A stretch of 64,000 nt of DNA. Origin: an uncultured Brevinematales bacterium. GTDB taxonomy: Bacteria > Spirochaetota > Brevinematia > DTOW01. The position numbers were made by a program, and so were the translations under genes. The DNA is taken from assembly GCA_964475465.1 (NCBI GenBank), contig CAYYXA010000027.1, positions 2,397 through 66,396 on the forward strand. Direction: 5' to 3'. Positions 58,210 through 64,000 of this stretch are shown one piece after another. The notes beneath the pieces are model-generated. The model was not told where the DNA came from. It did not search any database and worked only from the letters and a program-made list of their open reading frames with translations. The first letter of the stretch is position 1. Every line of letters begins with the position of its first letter.

Positions 58210-60090
58210 AATCACCATAACGAAAGTGTCATACTCGTTGACTAAATTCAACATTTCCCTAGCCTTATCGTCTTTACCCACATTCTTTGAAAGAATCGGT
58301 AAAAACCCACTAAAAGACTCTGAAATATCCCTGGTAGCCAGAATTAATGCCTCAAAGCCTCGAATCGTATCATCTTTTGAAACGCATCTAACAACAAACT
58401 CACCTTTCTCAGAATTAACGACATAACCGTAAACATTCTCTGAAAGCCTTAAATTTACCAAACCATCAATTAGTTCAACTGAAGACATAAAAAAGCTTAG
58501 CGGTAAATCATTGCTAACGATGAAATTCCTTGCACTGAGTTCGAGTTTATCGTGCGTTATTTCTGATATAGGAAATGTTTTTATCAACCCCTTGAGAGCC
58601 AAGAGAGTAAAACTAGAAAGTAGGAGTTTATCAGGTATATGCATCAAAAAAGCAAAAAGCCTATCAAGGTCAAAGAATATATCAAAATAGTATCCCTTAA
58701 ACGACGTTAAATCCTCAACAAACTTATAAGCTACAACTCTATCTTTGAAAAAATACAAATAAGCACCTTTTATCAAAAATTCTTTGACTCTATCAAAAGC
58801 TTCTATCTCTCTAACAAAGCTCTCCCTCTCCGCATCAAATGTCTGACTAAAAATACTCAAAGAAAAATCAGAAACCAAATCGACAAGTTCTCCCAAAAGT
58901 TCCTTCTCCTCTTCCAAAAGCCAAACAGATCCGCTTATCTTTTTGATTATTAAATAAAAAGTCTCAAAAGCAACATCTGACACTCTAAAAACACCAACTA
59001 TCCTATTAGAACTTAAAAATCTAGAAATATACTCCTTACCGTCTACGTTATTGAAAAGGACTTTATCAGATGTTACAAGCTTGGTAAGCAAACTCAGAGG
59101 TAACTGTTTCTCTTCAATTAAAAGAATCTTTATGGTGGTAGAACCATCGTTGAAAACCTTAATAACGTCATTCAAACTTTGAAAGCTACTGGAAAAAAGC
59201 TTTAACTTGAAGTTTCGTATATCTCGCATCACCTTCAAAGGTGATGTAATAAAATCATAAAAACCTAAAAAAGGTACCCATCCAATGAATGAAATAATAG
59301 CAAAAACAGAACTGCCCAAAAGTATATCACCTTTACCAATGAACCAAGCTACTATCCCTCCGATTATCCCCACAATGACAAGTAAAAAAGGTAATCCAAC
59401 CAAAAGCATATCATAGGCCAAAACCCCAAAAGGAACCAGCAAAGAAAAAGCTGAAACAACAAAAAGTGTTAAATTACTTTCCTTAATTAGGAAAAATACC
59501 ATCCCAACAGAAACCAGGAAAGAGAACAAAAGAGAAAAAAGATTCGCAAAAACAGCATATCTAAACTGTATATTTTTAAACTCCAAAGCTAACAACAACA
59601 TCTCAAAAAGTATCCAGGCAGCAGAAAAGGCAAAAGCAAAGATAAGGAAAACCTTAGAAAATTCAAAAGGCTTAAAATTAAAAAGAATTAACAAAAGAAT
59701 AACAACCAAAAAAGCAAAAGCAAATCTCCAAAAATTTAAGTATCTTCTAACATAAAATGAAAGCAACCAAGCAATTAATACCAAAAAGAAAATATTGAAT
59801 AAACTCAAGTTCACATTAAAAACAAAAGTTGAACCAATAAATGAAACAAGAACAAATATAGAGGCAACACTCTTGCTACAACAATCTCTAAAACGAATAG
59901 CAACAAAAAGGCAAAAGAAAAGCAAGCTTATTATCGTAATTGCTAAAGTTACATAAAAAGGCGATAAATAAGCAATGGAAAACAATGAAACAAAAGACAA
60001 GAAAAAGTATAAAAGGATATCCCAATATTTCATCAGAAGCATACCAAGGAAATTATTAAAGTTCAAAAGGCTAAAACTAAAGAAATTCAC
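58204..60090 (-). CDS. Hypothetical 10-TM membrane protein with a 330-aa uncharacterised C-terminal soluble domain
   Basis: About 10 hydrophobic helices lie in the first 300 aa. The C-terminal domain has no motif I recognise. Confidence 0.5.
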   Translation of the reverse strand: MNFFSFSLLNFNNFLGMLLMKYWDILLYFFLSFVSLFSIAYLSPFYVTLAITIISLLFFCLFVAIRFRDCCSKSVASIFVLVSFIGSTFVFNVNLSLFNIFFLVLIAWLLSFYVRRYLNFWRFAFAFLVVILLLILFNFKPFEFSKVFLIFAFAFSAAWILFEMLLLALEFKNIQFRYAVFANLFSLLFSFLVSVGMVFFLIKESNLTLFVVSAFSLLVPFGVLAYDMLLVGLPFLLVIVGIIGGIVAWFIGKGDILLGSSVFAIISFIGWVPFLGFYDFITSPLKVMRDIRNFKLKLFSSSFQSLNDVIKVFNDGSTTIKILLIEEKQLPLSLLTKLVTSDKVLFNNVDGKEYISRFLSSNRIVGVFRVSDVAFETFYLIIKKISGSVWLLEEEKELLGELVDLVSDFSLSIFSQTFDAERESFVREIEAFDRVKEFLIKGAYLYFFKDRVVAYKFVEDLTSFKGYYFDIFFDLDRLFAFLMHIPDKLLLSSFTLLALKGLIKTFPISEITHDKLELSARNFIVSNDLPLSFFMSSVELIDGLVNLRLSENVYGYVVNSEKGEFVVRCVSKDDTIRGFEALILATRDISESFSGFLPILSKNVGKDDKAREMLNLVNEYDTFVMVIL

Positions 60091-60128
60091 TTCTATGGTG
60101 AAAATTTTAATATAATACTACCTAAAAC

Positions 60129-61715
60129 ATGTCAAAGAGATTAACGATAATCACATATATTTTCCTGGCAATAATGGTACTGATAACCATAAGAATAACC
60201 TACCTCATATTCACCCAAACACAAAGCTACAAGAAGCCGGAAAGAATTAGTGGTAACAGAGGCTTAATAGTAGACAGAAACGAAAAAACTCTTGCAATAA
60301 GCTACAAAACATTTTCTATTTTCTGCGATCCATCTATCTTACCTGAAAGCGAAAAGGAATTCATAGCAATTGCTTTAAGCAAAGCAATAAATCAAAAACC
60401 TGATGAAATACTATCAAAACTGAGGAAAAACTCTAGATTTATCTGGATAGCCAGGAAAATACCAGAGGAATACATAGCAGATCTAAGCAACACGATAACA
60501 AACATAAACTCACGTCTAAGTAGAGGTAGGCTAGAACTAGAGTACGAATTTATAAGGCGCTACCCACTAGGTGAAAAAGCCAGCGGTATAGTAGGAACCG
60601 TAGGAATAGATAACCAGGGGCTATCAGGAATTGAATTTAGCTTCGACGATATTCTCAGGGAAAAAAACGGTACTGTAGGCAAAATAGTACTATCTATAGA
60701 CAAGTACATTCAGGAGATAGCACACATAGAGCTAGCCAAAAGTGTTGAAGAATTTGGCGCAGAAATGGGGATCGTCATAATAGCTAACAAAAAAGGCGAG
60801 ATACTAGCAATGAGCGATTACCCATCACACAACCCATATTCTCTATCAACTACTCCAAGTTCTTCAAAGGCAGTAAACTACATAATAGAGCCAGGGTCCG
60901 TTATGAAGATACCAAGCATTGCATTAGCAATATCCAAGGAACCAAGCATAACCAACAACAAGTACGAATGCACAGGAAAGATAAGACTATTTGACCATAC
61001 AATAGTGGAACCCAAGCATGGTATAGTAAGCCCCGAACAAATAATAGCATACTCTTGTAACATTGGGATGATAAAAATATCAGAAACCTATCAACCAAAT
61101 GAGCTATACTTTTTCCTCAAATCCTTAGGTTTCGGTGAGAAAACGTTCATAGGATTACCCGGAGAAGAAAAAGGAATCCTAAAGGACTACAAACAGTGGA
61201 GCGGCATAACAAAACAAATGATATCGATAGGTCAAGAGATAGGAGTAACAGGAATACAATTACTCAAAATGGGGCTAATAATAGCAAACGATGGCATCTT
61301 GGTAAATCCTAAACTCATAAAGTTCATAGTTCTGCCTAACGGCGAAATAAAAAAGATAAACTACAACGACGGAATAAGGATAATACCTGAATATGCAGTG
61401 GAAACCATAAAATCGTTTATGAGAAAATCCGTAGAATACGGTACGTCAAAATTAGCAGAAATAGAAGGCTTGGAAATAGGAGGTAAAACTGGAACAGGGC
61501 AGATATTTGATATCTCGACAAGAAAGTATTTCAAAGACAAATACAACTCTGTTTTTCTAGGACTGCTACCTTACAAAAACACTAAGTTAATAGGATTAGT
61601 TATATTAGTAAATCCTCAAAAGCAAAAGCAAGGGGGGCTATCAGCAGCCCCAACCTTAAAAAGAATACTAGAAAAAATAATAGCCTACGACCCGTCTCTT
61701 ATTCAAACTCGATAA
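60129..61715 (+). CDS. Class B penicillin-binding protein (peptidoglycan D,D-transpeptidase, PBP2/FtsI-like)
   Basis: An N-terminal TM anchor is followed by SVMK (SxxK), SCN (SxN) and KTGT motifs. Confidence 0.85.
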   Translation: MSKRLTIITYIFLAIMVLITIRITYLIFTQTQSYKKPERISGNRGLIVDRNEKTLAISYKTFSIFCDPSILPESEKEFIAIALSKAINQKPDEILSKLRKNSRFIWIARKIPEEYIADLSNTITNINSRLSRGRLELEYEFIRRYPLGEKASGIVGTVGIDNQGLSGIEFSFDDILREKNGTVGKIVLSIDKYIQEIAHIELAKSVEEFGAEMGIVIIANKKGEILAMSDYPSHNPYSLSTTPSSSKAVNYIIEPGSVMKIPSIALAISKEPSITNNKYECTGKIRLFDHTIVEPKHGIVSPEQIIAYSCNIGMIKISETYQPNELYFFLKSLGFGEKTFIGLPGEEKGILKDYKQWSGITKQMISIGQEIGVTGIQLLKMGLIIANDGILVNPKLIKFIVLPNGEIKKINYNDGIRIIPEYAVETIKSFMRKSVEYGTSKLAEIEGLEIGGKTGTGQIFDISTRKYFKDKYNSVFLGLLPYKNTKLIGLVILVNPQKQKQGGLSAAPTLKRILEKIIAYDPSLIQTR

Positions 61716-63141
61716 CTTTGAGCATATTAGTTGTACCAGAGACACCAACAGGAACACCCGACGTGACAACAACTGTATCACCCTTAGTAACGAAACTCTT
61801 AACTATCTCCTTAGCAATATCCAACATCTCATCAGTAGATGAAGCATTTTTAACAATTGCTGGGACAACACCCCAAACGTGCTTCAACCTTCTAACTGTT
61901 GAGATATCTGGAGAAAGAGAAATAATTATGCTAGAAGGTCTAAACTTTGATATCTGCCTAGAAGAGGCTCCTGTTTCAGTGAAGTTAACAATATATTTAG
62001 TTCCGAGTTTTCTGGATATTTCAGCAGCAGCCAAAGCTATAGATTCTGTGATATCAGACGTTTGCGGATACTCGTAGTACTTATACTGAGTCTTATAAAG
62101 CTCACTATTTTCAACAGTTGAGATTATACTTCTAAGCACTTTTATAACTTCAACAGGATGATCACCCGCAGCAGTTTCACCAGTCACCATGAGCCCATCA
62201 ACACCATCAAGTATTGCATTGGTGATATCCGAAACTTCAGCTCTAGTAGGCTTAAGGTTTTTCGTCATGGATTCCAGCATCTGGGTAGCAACTATGACGG
62301 GCTTCCCTGCCAATCTCGCCTTCTCAACAATCATTTTTTGAACTAGTGTAACTTCATTAAGCCCAAATTCAACTCCCAAATCTCCCCTAGCAACAATTAT
62401 AGCATCTGCAACATCAATTATATCGTCTATGTTCTTAACAGCCTCCACCATCTCTATTTTAGCAATCAGAGGAACAAACTTCTTGTTCTTTATGAGAATA
62501 TCTCTTGCTTGCTTAACATCATTAGCCGTCCTTACAAAGGATAAAGCTATAAGGTCAACGTCATTATTCAAGCAGAAAACAATATCATTAACATCTTTTT
62601 CAGTTATAGAGGAAATACTCAAACTAGTATTAGGCAAATTGACTCCTTTCCTCTCTTTAATCAAACCACCATTAACCACTTTACACACAAAGTAACTCTC
62701 AAAGACTTCTGAAACAACCATCTCTATCATTCCGTCATCTATAAGCACCTTGTCACCTTTCTTTATCTCCTTAACTATAGGATCATAATCAACCCACAAA
62801 GCCTTTCCTTCGCCACTAACAAGCTCAAAACTTGCCTTATCCGTTATAATTACCTCATCGCCAGGATTGACTTCTAACTGAAGTCCAGCCCCAACTCTTA
62901 TTTTTGGTCCCTGAATATCACCCATCAGAGCAGCAACAGTATTGAACCTCTTCTCAGCATCTCTCACAAGTTTTATGCTTAACTTGTGATCATCAATTGT
63001 ACCATGCGAAAAGTTCATTCTAAAGACATCAACACCATGTAACATCATCTGGTCAACTACTTCCTTTTTTCTAGAAGCCGGCCCTAAACTTGCTATTATT
63101 TTTGTTCTATTCACATACCTATCTTTAAGTTTAGATAACAT
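61699..63141 (-). CDS. pyk: Pyruvate kinase
   Basis: TKIIASLGPAS, MNFSHG and MVARGDLG motifs are present. 480 aa. Confidence 0.9.
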   Translation of the reverse strand: MLSKLKDRYVNRTKIIASLGPASRKKEVVDQMMLHGVDVFRMNFSHGTIDDHKLSIKLVRDAEKRFNTVAALMGDIQGPKIRVGAGLQLEVNPGDEVIITDKASFELVSGEGKALWVDYDPIVKEIKKGDKVLIDDGMIEMVVSEVFESYFVCKVVNGGLIKERKGVNLPNTSLSISSITEKDVNDIVFCLNNDVDLIALSFVRTANDVKQARDILIKNKKFVPLIAKIEMVEAVKNIDDIIDVADAIIVARGDLGVEFGLNEVTLVQKMIVEKARLAGKPVIVATQMLESMTKNLKPTRAEVSDITNAILDGVDGLMVTGETAAGDHPVEVIKVLRSIISTVENSELYKTQYKYYEYPQTSDITESIALAAAEISRKLGTKYIVNFTETGASSRQISKFRPSSIIISLSPDISTVRRLKHVWGVVPAIVKNASSTDEMLDIAKEIVKSFVTKGDTVVVTSGVPVGVSGTTNMLKVIEFE

Positions 63142-63182
63142 ACTTCCCCCTACAAAAATATTTGATAAAAAGTACGGAACTA

Positions 63183-63845
63183 TTACTTCACATTGTCTTC
63201 TAACTTATCAATAACCATCTTATCCCTAACTTTGAGTAAGTACTCAGAAATTTTCTGATTGAGCTTCTGGTTTCTGAGTTGTGCTCTAATGTACTCCTCA
63301 GCCTTGTCAGGTGGTATATTGTTTTGCCTGAAAAACTCTTTTTGTTTCTGGTAAACTTCCTCAACTTCCTTATCTGAAACCTTGATAGATGATACATCTA
63401 TCTTCTTAGACAAGAATCCATCAACTATCGATTTTCTTAGAGTTATATGTGCTAAAATTTGCCAATCTTGCGAAGAAAGATACCCCTCGTTGTAGGCCTG
63501 GATAGCAATGGCTAACTCGTTAATTATGTTATCCAAAAACTGTTTCTTGAGAGATATATCATTCATATAAAGGTCAATCTTAGCCTTATCGCCACCAGAC
63601 GAAGCTTCAACAATAGCTTTGTATTGTCTATCAAACTCGTCAGCAGAAAGATAATAATCATTGATTCTGACAACGTAAGATGAAGGTTTTACTTTAGTGA
63701 GTCCCAAAATCCCAAGGTCGTCCACACCAATACTAGTTTTAGAAGCACCACCAAGGAGCAAAAGCATAACTATTGCTGTAAGAATAGCAGAAGCCAAGAA
63801 AACACCAACATACGGCAAAAAAGATTTTACCTTATCCAAGTTCAT
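63183..63845 (-). CDS. Periplasmic SurA N-terminal-like chaperone domain protein (no PPIase domain)
   Basis: A signal/anchor segment is followed by a helical domain with the SurA_N-like pattern. Confidence 0.45.
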   Translation of the reverse strand: MNLDKVKSFLPYVGVFLASAILTAIVMLLLLGGASKTSIGVDDLGILGLTKVKPSSYVVRINDYYLSADEFDRQYKAIVEASSGGDKAKIDLYMNDISLKKQFLDNIINELAIAIQAYNEGYLSSQDWQILAHITLRKSIVDGFLSKKIDVSSIKVSDKEVEEVYQKQKEFFRQNNIPPDKAEEYIRAQLRNQKLNQKISEYLLKVRDKMVIDKLEDNVK

Positions 63846-64000
63846 AAAATCCTCCGTTTTTTAGAATCATAAACAAAGATCCTTAACAAATTCAAAATAA
63901 GCTTTTTTCACCACCTTTGTCTATGTTAAGATGCCTATATGCCAATTCTGTAGCAACTCTACCTTTTGGTGTCCTTTTGATAAATCCCTTCATTATCAAA

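Noticed and set aside
1-64000. CRISPR arrays, IS elements/transposases, integrases, and restriction-modification or toxin-antitoxin pairs
   Set aside because: No regularly spaced direct repeats and no transposase, integrase, Cas, methylase or endonuclease signatures in any frame I inspected. The tRNA cluster has no adjacent integrase or att-like duplication.
63892-64000. Minus-strand reading frame open to the window end (...[35 protein letters not shown])
   Set aside because: It is only a 35-aa C-terminal fragment, and the gene continues outside the window. I cannot assign a family from this piece.

Overview
This is a dense, AT-rich bacterial chromosomal window of about 70 genes on both strands. 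The gene content and codon usage (many AGA/AGG Arg and ATA Ile codons, strong GGAGG ribosome-binding sites, many secreted toga-like proteins) resemble a thermophilic Thermotogota-like genome. That lineage call is inference only.

Most of the window is housekeeping:
- Ribosome and translation: rplT, rplS, the rpsF-ssb-rpsR operon, hisS, truB, pnp, rimO-like, trmB, and five tRNAs (Ala-GGC; Ser-GGA; a Tyr-Phe-Met cluster).
- Biosynthesis: speH, the phospholipid genes pgsA/plsC/plsY, argG, pyrB, sufS, folK, thiD, ribBA, ispH, pyk.
- Replication and repair: priA, nnr.
- Envelope: murJ, a class-B PBP, a YfhO-like GT-C protein.
- Energy: a membrane pyrophosphatase (hppA).

I see no CRISPR array, no transposases or integrases, no rRNA and no riboswitch I can support.

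The parts least explained by standard annotation are:
1. An orphan ParA-like ATPase operon with TPR-containing, signal-peptide and membrane-anchored partners and no ParB.
2. A monocistronic F-type c-subunit-like proteolipid with an extra N-terminal two-helix extension, far from any atp operon.
3. A regulatory neighbourhood holding two different sigma-54 enhancer-binding proteins, an orphan FecCD permease, an alpha/beta hydrolase and tandem palindromic operator-like repeats next to ispH.
4. A CBS-PP2C phosphatase followed by a structured, Cys-ORF-containing spacer upstream of the YfhO-like gene.
5. A 628-aa 10-TM protein with a large unknown soluble domain wedged between murJ and a PBP.
6. A GC-richer 450-nt island with an acidic 47-aa Cys-containing ORF upstream of an AMMECR1-folK pair.

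None of these can be assigned a function from sequence alone. All are flagged as candidates.
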